Assembly: GCA_031416315.1 (NCBI GenBank)
Contig: JANOTL010000088.1
Span: 1 to 27,470 of the forward strand
DNA from: Pseudomonadota bacterium
Lineage (GTDB): Bacteria; Bdellovibrionota_B; Oligoflexia; Oligoflexales; CAIYRB01
Direction: 5' to 3'
Length of the DNA: 27,470 bases
The translations under genes and the position numbers were made by a program. Within the stretch, counting starts at the first letter, position 1. Each line of letters begins with the position of its first letter. Positions 1-7,856 of the stretch are shown here, piece after piece. The notes beneath the pieces are model-generated. The model searched no databases. It was given only the letters and a program-made list of their open reading frames with translations, and had not been told where the DNA came from.

Positions 1-375
1 GACGGCCGTCGTGCGGCAATCCTCCGAGCACTGGCCGATGTTGCGCGAGCCGCACCTGGGCTCACGCTCATTCGCAGCGACCGGTGTCCGCGCTATCCAG
101 GGCTCGTGCGACGTGCGCTGCCTGGAGTCTGCCACGACCGCTTCCTAAGCCGCCGCGGCTGCGTCGTAGGCCAGGGCGAGCTCAAGCGCGGGGGCTTCGA
201 CCCACTCTTCAGCCTGAACCACACATGCGCCATGTTCCGCGACCGCTTGAAGACGCTGACCCGTCGAACTTGGTGCACGACTAAGCGACCTGACAACCTG
301 CAGCACCTGATTGACCTCTACACGTGGTCGCACAACGAGGTCCTGCGACTCGGACCCCACCACGTCACGGTCTGA
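1..375 (+). mobile_element. C-terminal part of an IS1-like transposase (5' end lies outside the window)
   Basis: Frame 1 is open from base 1 to TGA at 373-375. It contains IRSDRCPRY (SD-x4-Y-type motif) and LNHTCAMFRDRLKTLTRRTWCTTK, which resembles the IS1 InsB C-terminal signature (ER.N..LR..L.RL.R.T.C.SK). No terminal inverted repeat could be verified. Confidence 0.6.
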
Positions 376-400
376 CACACAATTACGTCGGCCAGTTTGT

Positions 401-513
401 GAAACGCAGATGGCGCCACGGAGAAAACCGTGGCGCCATCCCCGGGTTCAAGGTCGCTCCCGCATGCGCGGCATGCCTTACCCGTTTCGACTCCGTAGAG
501 CCTTCGCTCTACG
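401..513 (-). ncRNA. Candidate structured small RNA (~110 nt), family not recognised
   Basis: On the minus strand, a sigma70-like promoter sits directly upstream. It is followed by hairpin CGTAGAGC-GAAG-GCTCTACG (513-494), an inner GCATGC-CGC-GCATGC hairpin flanked by GTCG/CGAC, and a perfect 13-bp terminal stem (440-409) followed by TGCGTTTC. No credible CDS overlaps it. Confidence 0.5.
409..440. terminator. Perfect 13-bp hairpin, probable terminator between the transposase-like ORF and the candidate sRNA
   Basis: GATGGCGCCACGG-AGAAAA-CCGTGGCGCCATC. The U-tract on the minus strand is weak. Confidence 0.55.
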
Positions 514-518
514 TCTCC

Positions 519-546
519 AAAATAGTCCTTTTCGCGGCGAAGTCAA
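519..546 (-). promoter_or_regulatory. Sigma70-type promoter for the candidate sRNA
   Basis: Minus strand: TTGACT (546-541), 16-nt spacer, TATTTT (524-519), with A-rich tracts further upstream. Confidence 0.5.
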
Positions 547-635
547 GACGGCTCCGCCCTTATTTTCCAGGGGTTTTCTCAGATTTCGTTAGGCTCGACG
601 AGGCCGGCGCCGTGCCCGCCGAGGCGTTCGATTAA

Positions 636-973
636 TCGGCTTCGGCTTCGGCTTCGGCTTCGCCTTCGGCATTGGCATCGGCATCGGCGGTTGCGTGGGC
701 CTGGGCAAGGGCACCCCACGTCGGCTCTGGCTTGGACGTAAGTTGTCGCATCGGCGTCAGCAGCGACACGCGTCGCGCGCCGTCACGTAGAATCGGCAAG
801 CCGATCGATACGAAAGTTCATCGGCTAATGCAGTGAGTTGTTTCGTGGCGGAGCCTTCGCGGACGCCGACGAGATAGATCACGTCCATGCCAAAGCCGAC
901 GTGGGGTGCCCATGCCCAGGCCCACGCGACCGCCGACGCCGACGCCGATGCCGATGCCGATGCCGATGCCGAC
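636..973. repeat. Long imperfect inverted repeat (arms ~636-758 and ~862-973) with terminal hexamer tandem repeats
   Basis: The left arm core GGCGGTTGCGTGGGCCTGGGCAAGGGCACCCCACGTCGGCTCTGGCTTGGACGT matches the reverse complement of the right arm (GGCGGTCGCGTGGGCCTGGGCATGGGCACCCCACGTCGGCTTTGGCATGGACGT). The outer ends are (TCGGCT/TCGGCA)n and (GCCGAT/GCCGAC)n runs. Confidence 0.9.
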
Positions 974-1076
974 GCGGCCGCTAACGCGATCTGCCGGACG
1001 CAAGCTAGTCCACCCGCGGCAGCGCCAAGAACTTAAAATCGATCCGGATTCGCGCCATAATAAGGTATGCTGAAGC

Positions 1077-1583
1077 ATGCGCTACACACTCCTCGGTTTA
1101 TTGGCATCCTTCTGGGCGGTCTCAGCCTGCGTCACCGATCCGATGGCGGAGAAGCAGTCGTCCTACGTCAAGGATCTCAGGACGGCCGACGGTCTCTGCC
1201 GCACGCTCTTGAAGGCGAAAATGAAAGAGAAGGACGGCAAGAAGGCCGTCTACTACTTCGGCAAGCTTGCGCGCGAGCCGGCGAAGTCCTACGCCGTCAT
1301 TTACGCCAAGGACGGCGGCGCCATGGCGACCATCTGCGACAACGACAAGGGCAAGATCATCGACTGGATGAACTTGGCGAAGAACAAGGCGAAGGCCTTC
1401 GAAACCGTCTACGGCAAGCGGCACAAGGAGTCGCTCGCGGGCCACAAGAGCGAGCTTACGATGTCGGAGACGGCGAGCTCGGCCGTGGTCGAGGTCTCCG
1501 CGTCGGGAAAAGCCGTGGAATACTGGCTCCCGAAGCACATGGAAAAAGAGTTCAACGACATCTTCTACGATCTTTGGAAGTGA
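1077..1583 (+). CDS. Hypothetical lipoprotein
   Basis: 168 aa. Signal peptide ends in a lipobox-like VSA-C. Normal amino-acid composition and GC3-biased codons. Confidence 0.8.
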   Translation: MRYTLLGLLASFWAVSACVTDPMAEKQSSYVKDLRTADGLCRTLLKAKMKEKDGKKAVYYFGKLAREPAKSYAVIYAKDGGAMATICDNDKGKIIDWMNLAKNKAKAFETVYGKRHKESLAGHKSELTMSETASSAVVEVSASGKAVEYWLPKHMEKEFNDIFYDLWK

Positions 1584-2509
1584 ACTCGTAAGAAGGTCTC
1601 GAGGCGACGGCAGACGAGGCCGGGATCGTCGAAGTGCGGACAGTGGCTCCCGTGCTCGACGATCGCGACCTCGGCGCCCGGCAGGAGCTTCGCCAAGCGC
1701 CACGTCTCGGCGAGCGGCACGATCTGGTCACGCGCACCGGCCACGATCAGAGTCGGGCAGTCGATCACCCGCGGAAGCTTCGCCACGTCGAAGGCCGCCA
1801 GGTCTTCGGCCAAGTCGAAGAAGAGCTTCGGGTTCACCTCGAGGACCTTGCCGATGTACTCCTCGATGTCCTCGCTCTTCGCCAGCTCGGGGTTGAAACC
1901 CTGCCAGCGGATCACCTCGATCGCGAGCGCCATCGCGACCGGATTCCGGCCGCCGTGCGGAGCGAGCGCTCCCGTCACCGCCGGCATCAGCGCGGGGATG
2001 ACCCGGTTGAGCCCGATCATGCTGTTCCATACCCAGCGCGAAAGCGGCTGGAGCTTGAAGTCCCGCGCCGGATCGCGCGCCGGCGAGGCGAGAAGCACGA
2101 GGCTCTTTACGAGCTCCGGCGCGTCATGCGCGAGCTGCAAAGCGATCGTGCCGCCCATCGACTGGCCAAGGAAGGTCGCGGCCTCGACCTCGCGGAAATC
2201 GCAGAGGGCGCGGACGTCAGCGACGATCTGCTTGATCGAGAGGCGCTCACGCGGCTTCAATTTCGAGCGGCCGTGGCCGCGGAAGTCCATCCAGATCTGG
2301 CGATAACCGCGCGCGCCGAGATGCGCCATCGGATACTTCCAATGGCGGATCGAGCAGCCGAGCCCGTAAATGTAGAACAGCGGGTGACCGTCGCCCCCGC
2401 TGTCCTCGAAGTAGAGCTCGACGCCGTCCGGTGCCACGAAAGTGCCGCGCATCGGCTGCGCGGCCGGCTTCGTCGAACGACGCGGTTTCTCGAGATCGAA
2501 GGCGGTCAT
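1565..2509 (-). CDS. Alpha/beta-fold hydrolase (esterase/lipase-like)
   Basis: Motifs DFRGHG, nucleophile elbow GQSMGG, GARDQIVP (Asp) and GSHCPH (His). ATG at 2509 is preferred over the GTG at 2527. Confidence 0.9.
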   Translation of the reverse strand: MTAFDLEKPRRSTKPAAQPMRGTFVAPDGVELYFEDSGGDGHPLFYIYGLGCSIRHWKYPMAHLGARGYRQIWMDFRGHGRSKLKPRERLSIKQIVADVRALCDFREVEAATFLGQSMGGTIALQLAHDAPELVKSLVLLASPARDPARDFKLQPLSRWVWNSMIGLNRVIPALMPAVTGALAPHGGRNPVAMALAIEVIRWQGFNPELAKSEDIEEYIGKVLEVNPKLFFDLAEDLAAFDVAKLPRVIDCPTLIVAGARDQIVPLAETWRLAKLLPGAEVAIVEHGSHCPHFDDPGLVCRRLETFLRVHFQRS

Positions 2510-2537
2510 CGAAGACCATCGTAGCACGCCGGACCCT

Positions 2538-3050
2538 TCAGAGATCCAGGCTCAAAATGCCGACCGCGTCGCCGGAGAATGCGCGCATCACCTGCAGTCT
2601 TTTGGGGAAATTCACGTCGTTTTCATATTTCCGCGCCAGAAACGCCTCGTTGGCGTCGACGTCGAACTCGAGCTCGGCGTACTGCAGCATGCAGGTCAAA
2701 GTCGCGCCCGCCTTGATGCACTGGCCCGTCGTCGCGCTGTCCGCCTCGGTGACGGCGAAGAACTGGCCGTCGACCGCTTTCCCGCCTTTGAGCTCGATGA
2801 TGACGTCGCGCTCGCCCACGATGTCGTGGGGGAGGCAGTAGCGGATCACCGTCTCGGCCTCGCCGAAGACGGCGGTGCTGCCCTCCATCGTGAAGCGCGC
2901 GAACTCGTGCAGCTCACGCTTCACCGGCACCGAGTAATAAGCCTCGACCGGGCTGCGCGGCGTGGGCGACCACGGCGTGTATGCGAGCGCGGCTTGCGCC
3001 ACCAGAGTCGAACCAACGAGTAGCGCCTTCGGAATCACGGAACGAATCAT
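2538..3050 (-). CDS. Secreted hypothetical protein
   Basis: 170 aa. Sec signal ending ALA. ATGA overlap with the stop of the upstream regulator. Confidence 0.75.
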   Translation of the reverse strand: MIRSVIPKALLVGSTLVAQAALAYTPWSPTPRSPVEAYYSVPVKRELHEFARFTMEGSTAVFGEAETVIRYCLPHDIVGERDVIIELKGGKAVDGQFFAVTEADSATTGQCIKAGATLTCMLQYAELEFDVDANEAFLARKYENDVNFPKRLQVMRAFSGDAVGILSLDL

Positions 3051-4822
3051 GCTAGCCCCCTCATGCTATAGCGAGTCGCTCGCCCCTTGCCGTGGCGAAC
3101 GAGAACCCCCAGGTTGGTGAGATGCGCCAAGTCCCGGCGCGCCGAGACCTCGGATACCGAGAACTTCTGACTGATCGTGCGCGCGTCGCAGAAGCTCTCG
3201 TCTTTGAGATGCTCGACGATGCCGAGCTGGCGGTAGTTGAGCCGCTCGCTCTGCGGCTCCTCCGCTTTGGCCGTCGCCACGACGTGCAAGGTGCCACCGA
3301 GGAAGCCTGCGCTGAGGCCCGAGCGCAGCGCATAGCCAGCTTCGGTCACCTCGATCCAACCAGAGAAGGGGCCGAGCAGCTGCCTGAGGCGAGAAACCGC
3401 CGTGTAGATTAGTTGATCGTGTTTGAGCGGATTGTACTTGTAGCCCCAGATCTCGCGGATGAGCTCTTCCTTCGTCCCGTGGCCCGCGGCGAGGCTCTTT
3501 AGCAAAGTGCGGAACACCTGCGAGACGCCGCTCGGGACGAGATGCAACTCGCCGCTGTCGTAGGCGAGCAAGGCGCCGGGCAGGAGGTCGACGAGCAAGC
3601 CGGCCGTTCCCGGTGCGATCGCGAGCTTACTCATCAGGAGCTGCAGATAGCCGCTCTCGACGATGCGCCGCACCGCCGACTCGGACCGCGAGACGGAGAG
3701 GTCGACGAGGTCGCCGAGCGGATCGTCGCCCATCAGCGCCTGGCCGTTGTAACCGCGGAAGACGTCGCGACTCAGCATGCGCTGGCTCACGGCGCGGCCG
3801 GTAAAGCGCGTGAGCTCGGCGAGCTCCTTCTGCGTCCGCTCGCGCTCGGCGTCGAGCGAAGGGCAGGGCACGCGCTGAAGCAGGACCAGCTCGAGACCGC
3901 GCACCTCGGTCGCCACCGTCTTGTCGACGAATGGATCGAGCGCTTTGGCCGCGTTGCGGACGAGGTTCAGGGCTTGCAGATGCTCCCCTTCGAGCCGCAT
4001 CAAAGCCGCGTAACGCATGTTGAGAATGATGCCGTAGCGGCGATTCTGCGAGCCGTAGACGAGGCGGCAGGCTTCGTCGAGCGCGGCTTTCGCGCGAGAC
4101 TTGCGGCCGCGCAGGAGATGCTGGCGGCCAAGCTCGAGGAGGAGCCGCGACTTCGAGTAGTTGTCTTCCGACGTGAGCTCCGCGGCGACCGCCTCCAGGT
4201 GCGCGACGTCTCGCTCGGGACCCAGCCCGTGCGTCGCACTGTGGATCGCCAGGGAAACTTGGATCGCTTGGCGCAGGCCGCCGTCACCCAAGAGCTCAGC
4301 GTAACCGAGCGCGCGCCGAAAGCTCTCGCCCGCCGCTTGGATCTGACCCGGACCGACCTGGCTGTGCGCCATCAGATCCGACGCCAGCGCCTTGCCGTAG
4401 AGGAAGTTCGCCTCCAGCGCCGCGTTCAACGCGAGCGAGGCGTAACGCAGAGAGTCCTGGTATCGGCAGCCGACGAGGCGGTAGAAGCCCGCGCCCTGCC
4501 ACACGTAAAAGCGGACTTTAGCGCAGGGATGGCGCACGCCTTCGCGCAAGTTTTGCGCGAGGTACCGGCGGCCCCGCGCATAGTGGGAATGCCGACAGAG
4601 GTTGATGCCGAGGAAAAAGCGCGCGACGAAGCCGGTGACGGCGTCGATCTCGCCTTGAAAGAGGCGGTACGTCGACTCCGCCTCGTCCAAGCGGCCGCGA
4701 AAGGTCAGGGCGCCGATAACGAAGCCGGCCGCCTCCGGCGGGATCACGCCGCCGGGCGAATCCACCGTCTCTGCCAAGATGCGGCCGTAATTGCCGCGAT
4801 AAAAGTGGGCTTCGATCGTCAT
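3047..4822 (-). CDS. Transcriptional regulator with TPR-like helical region, OmpR-type winged helix and C-terminal DeoR-type HTH
   Basis: Helical repeat-like N-terminal half. TKEELIREIWG...YTAVSRLRQLL...GYAL is trans_reg_C-like. RQLGIVEHL...ISQKFSVSEVSARRDLAHL...RHGKGRATRY is DeoR-HTH-like. Confidence 0.85.
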   Translation of the reverse strand: MTIEAHFYRGNYGRILAETVDSPGGVIPPEAAGFVIGALTFRGRLDEAESTYRLFQGEIDAVTGFVARFFLGINLCRHSHYARGRRYLAQNLREGVRHPCAKVRFYVWQGAGFYRLVGCRYQDSLRYASLALNAALEANFLYGKALASDLMAHSQVGPGQIQAAGESFRRALGYAELLGDGGLRQAIQVSLAIHSATHGLGPERDVAHLEAVAAELTSEDNYSKSRLLLELGRQHLLRGRKSRAKAALDEACRLVYGSQNRRYGIILNMRYAALMRLEGEHLQALNLVRNAAKALDPFVDKTVATEVRGLELVLLQRVPCPSLDAERERTQKELAELTRFTGRAVSQRMLSRDVFRGYNGQALMGDDPLGDLVDLSVSRSESAVRRIVESGYLQLLMSKLAIAPGTAGLLVDLLPGALLAYDSGELHLVPSGVSQVFRTLLKSLAAGHGTKEELIREIWGYKYNPLKHDQLIYTAVSRLRQLLGPFSGWIEVTEAGYALRSGLSAGFLGGTLHVVATAKAEEPQSERLNYRQLGIVEHLKDESFCDARTISQKFSVSEVSARRDLAHLTNLGVLVRHGKGRATRYSMRGLA

Positions 4823-4864
4823 CGCGCCTGTCTTACCACAAACACGGACGGTTTAGGACCAGTC

Positions 4865-4890
4865 CGATCAAATTCGATCACGAATTGTGA
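4865..4890. promoter_or_regulatory. Candidate operator in the divergent intergenic region
   Basis: Direct repeat CGATCA-AATT-CGATCA with 10-bp periodicity (4865-4880), overlapped by TCAC-GAATT-GTGA (4878-4890). Confidence 0.4.
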
Positions 4891-4950
4891 GCCGCCCTTA
4901 GTACTGCTCGCAAAGGCGCCCCTGTAGCTTCGTTCGTGGAGGTTACCAAC

Positions 4951-5532
4951 ATGCAAATCGTGACTAGAGTCTTCCCCTTTCTCGCCGCGCTCGCCGCGGT
5001 CGCCCCGCCAGCTCTCGCCGATTCCGAAGTCTTTGTGAGCGTTTGCGCGCGTCAGGCGCCTTTCGAGGCCTTCCTGACGTCGACGCTCGCCAAGCCATGC
5101 GATCAGATCACGTCAGAAGACCTTGCCGCCGTGAAGCGCGTTGCGGTCCCCGGCCGCGAGCTCGCGACCGTCACCGCGGACGACGTCGCCAACCTGCCGG
5201 CCCTGGAAATCCTCAACATCACGCGGAATCCGCTCAACGAGGGCCTGCCCGAGGGGCTCCTCGCGGCGCTCCCCGCGCTGAAAACCCTGGTCATGTTCGG
5301 CACCGAGCTGACCTCGCTCCCCGAGGACTTCCTCGAGGCCAACCCGCACATCGAGAACCTGCACCTCTTCGACAACCCCTTCGTCACCATTCCCGACGCC
5401 GTCCTCGAGCGCTTGGAATACGCGGCAGAGATCAAGGTGATCGATCTGAGCGAGGTGCTGGAGGCACCGGTCAAGGACCGGCTGCGCGCCCGCTTCCCGC
5501 TCGGCGGACCGGTCGAGCTGACGTTTTACTGA
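4951..5532 (+). CDS. Secreted leucine-rich-repeat protein
   Basis: GGAGG upstream of ATG 4951. Signal peptide ending ALA. LRR units LPALEILNITRNPL, LPALKTLVMFGTELTSLP and IENLHLFDNPFVTIP. N-terminal Cys pair (cap-like). Confidence 0.85.
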   Translation: MQIVTRVFPFLAALAAVAPPALADSEVFVSVCARQAPFEAFLTSTLAKPCDQITSEDLAAVKRVAVPGRELATVTADDVANLPALEILNITRNPLNEGLPEGLLAALPALKTLVMFGTELTSLPEDFLEANPHIENLHLFDNPFVTIPDAVLERLEYAAEIKVIDLSEVLEAPVKDRLRARFPLGGPVELTFY

Positions 5533-5542
5533 GGCAACGACC

Positions 5543-6628
5543 ATGGAACCGCTCGTGATGAAATTCGGCGGCACCTCCGTCGGCTCGCTGGAGCGCATCC
5601 GGGCGGTCGCGGAGCGCGCCTTGCAGGCGCAAGCCGAAGGCGTCTTTCCCGTTCTCGTGGTCAGCGCCATGAGCGGCGAGACCGACCGGCTCCTCGGCCT
5701 CGCCCGCTCCCTCGGCGGGGCTCCCGACCCCGCAGAGGTCGACGTTCTTGCCGCCACCGGCGAGCAGGCGGCTGCCGCGCTCGTGGCGCTCGCCATTCAA
5801 CGTCTGGGCGGGAAAGCTCGCTCCTTTCTCGGCGGCCAGCTCGCCCTGCGTACCGATGGACCCCACGGCGACGCCCGCGTGAAAGCCTTGGACCCGAGAC
5901 CCTTGCGCCGCGCGATCGGCAGGGGCGAGATCCCGGTGATCGCAGGCTTCCAGGGTGTGAGCGCCAAGGGCCGCGTCACCACCCTAGGGCGGGGAGGCTC
6001 CGATACCACCGCCGTCGCAGTCGCCGCGGCGCTCGGCGCGCGCGTCTGCGAAATCTACACCGACGTCGACGGCGTCTACAGCGGCGACCCCTCGCAAGTC
6101 CCAGAGGCGCGGCGCCTGACCGCGGTCGGCTACGACGCAATGGAGATCCTCGCGAAGCGCGGCGCGAAAGTGCTGCATGCCCGCAGCGTCACCCTCGCCC
6201 GCCGGCACGGCATCGAGCTCGAGGTCCTTTCCAGCTTCGCTTCGACCGTCAAGCGCGGCACGCGCGTCGGACCCGCCCGCATCGCCGACGGCAATCCCGG
6301 GCTCGCGGTCGCCTGCGACAAGCAGTTCGCGCATCTCCTCGTCGATGGCGTGATGGTCGAGCTGCGGCAGAGCGAGGTCGAAAGTTTTCGCCGGGCGGTC
6401 GCCTGCAAGAGCGCCTTCGCGCAACCCGAGTTGGCGCAGGTCTCCCTGGTCGGCGACGCCGCCGACTCCGTCCTCGCGGCCGAAGTGATGGCGCATTTGG
6501 CGCGCGAGAAGCTGCCGGTGCGCCGCATCACCGCAGAATCCGGCGCCATCACGTGCTGGGTGGATGCGCACGCGGCGCTCGCCGTCATGCGCGCGCTCCA
6601 CGACCGATTCGTGCTCCCGCACTCTTGA
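5543..6628 (+). CDS. lysC: Aspartate kinase with a shortened ACT regulatory region
   Basis: Motifs KFGGTSVG, VVSAMSGETDRL, AGFQG, TLGRGGSDTTAV, IYTDVDGVY and GAKVLH. Length 361 aa. Confidence 0.95.
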   Translation: MEPLVMKFGGTSVGSLERIRAVAERALQAQAEGVFPVLVVSAMSGETDRLLGLARSLGGAPDPAEVDVLAATGEQAAAALVALAIQRLGGKARSFLGGQLALRTDGPHGDARVKALDPRPLRRAIGRGEIPVIAGFQGVSAKGRVTTLGRGGSDTTAVAVAAALGARVCEIYTDVDGVYSGDPSQVPEARRLTAVGYDAMEILAKRGAKVLHARSVTLARRHGIELEVLSSFASTVKRGTRVGPARIADGNPGLAVACDKQFAHLLVDGVMVELRQSEVESFRRAVACKSAFAQPELAQVSLVGDAADSVLAAEVMAHLAREKLPVRRITAESGAITCWVDAHAALAVMRALHDRFVLPHS

Positions 6629-6650
6629 TCACAAACTGAAGGATCCTCCC

Positions 6651-7838
6651 ATGAAATCGCAAGCACCCGTCACGTTGCGCAGCTTCGCGCCGACGCCTTC
6701 GCCCGAAGCCACGAAGAAGCAAGGCGGCGCCGAGCTCTGGTTCGATGCCAGTCTCCTCGGCGAAGACGCCGCGAGCCTTTTGCCGCGCCTCGGCCGCTCC
6801 GGCTATACCGGCATCCTCCTCAAGGCCAATGATCTTGCGACCCTCGTGCCGCAGGTCGGCCCTCAGCTCCTGCCGATCGTCGCGGTCGAAGGCGAAGCCG
6901 AGCTCCTTCTCGTCCCCCAGCACGGCGTCGTCGCCAGCGCGGACGAGAGGATCCTGAGCCAAGCGCGCGGCGCCGGCTTTCCCACCTGCCTGCGCGCGTA
7001 TGTCGACGACGGCGACAGTCTCCACGACGCGATCGACCGCGGTCAAAAACACGATTACCTGATCCTGCGCTTCAAGGATCCGACCAATATCCCGCTCGAG
7101 CTGGTGATCGCGACCCTGCAGCCGACCAACACCGTGTTGATCAAAGAAATCTCGACCTCCGAAGACGTCGACGACGCCGTCGTCACGCTCGGCGTCATGG
7201 AGGTCGGCGCCGAAGGCGTCATGTTCTCGCCGAAAAACCACGCGGTCCTCGACGACTTCCTGGGGCGGCTCGCGGCTCGCGGCGAGGCCCACATCGCCTT
7301 GAAGCCGGCAACCATCGTCCGCAGCGTTCCCGTCGGCATGGGCTATCGCAGCTGCATCGACCTCGCCACCTTGTTCACCCCGCGCGAGGGCATGCTGGTC
7401 GGCTCGACCTCGCAGGGCGGCATCCTCTGCTGTCCCGAGGTCTTCTTCCTCCCGTACATGGAGCTGCGCCCATTTCGCGTCAACGCGGGCGCCGTGCATA
7501 GCTACGTCTACAATTTCGCCGATCGCACCGACTACATGAGCGAGCTGCGAGCCGGAGCCAGCGTCATGATCGTCGATCTCGATGGCAAGGCGCGCCGCGC
7601 CGCCGTCGGCCGCATCAAGACGGAGGTGCGCCCCTTGCGGCTGATCGAGGCGCGCTTCGACACCGGCGAGATGATCAACGTCCTGATGCAGGACGACTGG
7701 CACGTGCGCATCTTCTCGGCGAAGGGCGAGCCGCTCAACGTCACCGAGCTCAAAGCCGGCGACGAGGTGATGGCCTACCCGGCGCGCCCTGGCCGCCATG
7801 TCGGCATTAAGGTCGAAGAGACCATCCTCGAGTCCTGA
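6651..7838 (+). CDS. 3-dehydroquinate synthase II family; GriH-like 3-amino-4-hydroxybenzoate synthase
   Basis: Motifs F-x-DPTNIPLELVIA, GMGYRSCID, EGMLVGS, LPYMELRPFRVNAGAVHSY, VGRIKTEVRPL, MQDDWHVR and GRHVGIKVEETILE. Adjacent to a GriI-like aldolase. ATG at 6651 follows GAAGGA. Confidence 0.88.
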   Translation: MKSQAPVTLRSFAPTPSPEATKKQGGAELWFDASLLGEDAASLLPRLGRSGYTGILLKANDLATLVPQVGPQLLPIVAVEGEAELLLVPQHGVVASADERILSQARGAGFPTCLRAYVDDGDSLHDAIDRGQKHDYLILRFKDPTNIPLELVIATLQPTNTVLIKEISTSEDVDDAVVTLGVMEVGAEGVMFSPKNHAVLDDFLGRLAARGEAHIALKPATIVRSVPVGMGYRSCIDLATLFTPREGMLVGSTSQGGILCCPEVFFLPYMELRPFRVNAGAVHSYVYNFADRTDYMSELRAGASVMIVDLDGKARRAAVGRIKTEVRPLRLIEARFDTGEMINVLMQDDWHVRIFSAKGEPLNVTELKAGDEVMAYPARPGRHVGIKVEETILES

Positions 7839-7856
7839 GCCGTCCCCCTCGCCCCC

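Noticed and set aside
441..460. 6S RNA, suggested by CCTTGAACC on the minus strand
   Set aside because: The complementary GGTTCAAG arm and the long rod-like closing stem are missing, and the unit is only ~110 nt.
636..973. CRISPR array or protein-coding reading (e.g. ORF 818-1078, GIGIGIGVGV) of the repeat region
   Set aside because: The repeats are hexamer runs plus one inverted pair, with no repeat-spacer periodicity and no cas genes. The ORFs are low-complexity translations of the repeat.
4883..4892. AATTGTGAGC, identical to a lac operator half-site
   Set aside because: It is only a half-site, with no LacI-family gene or vector sequence nearby. Most likely chance.
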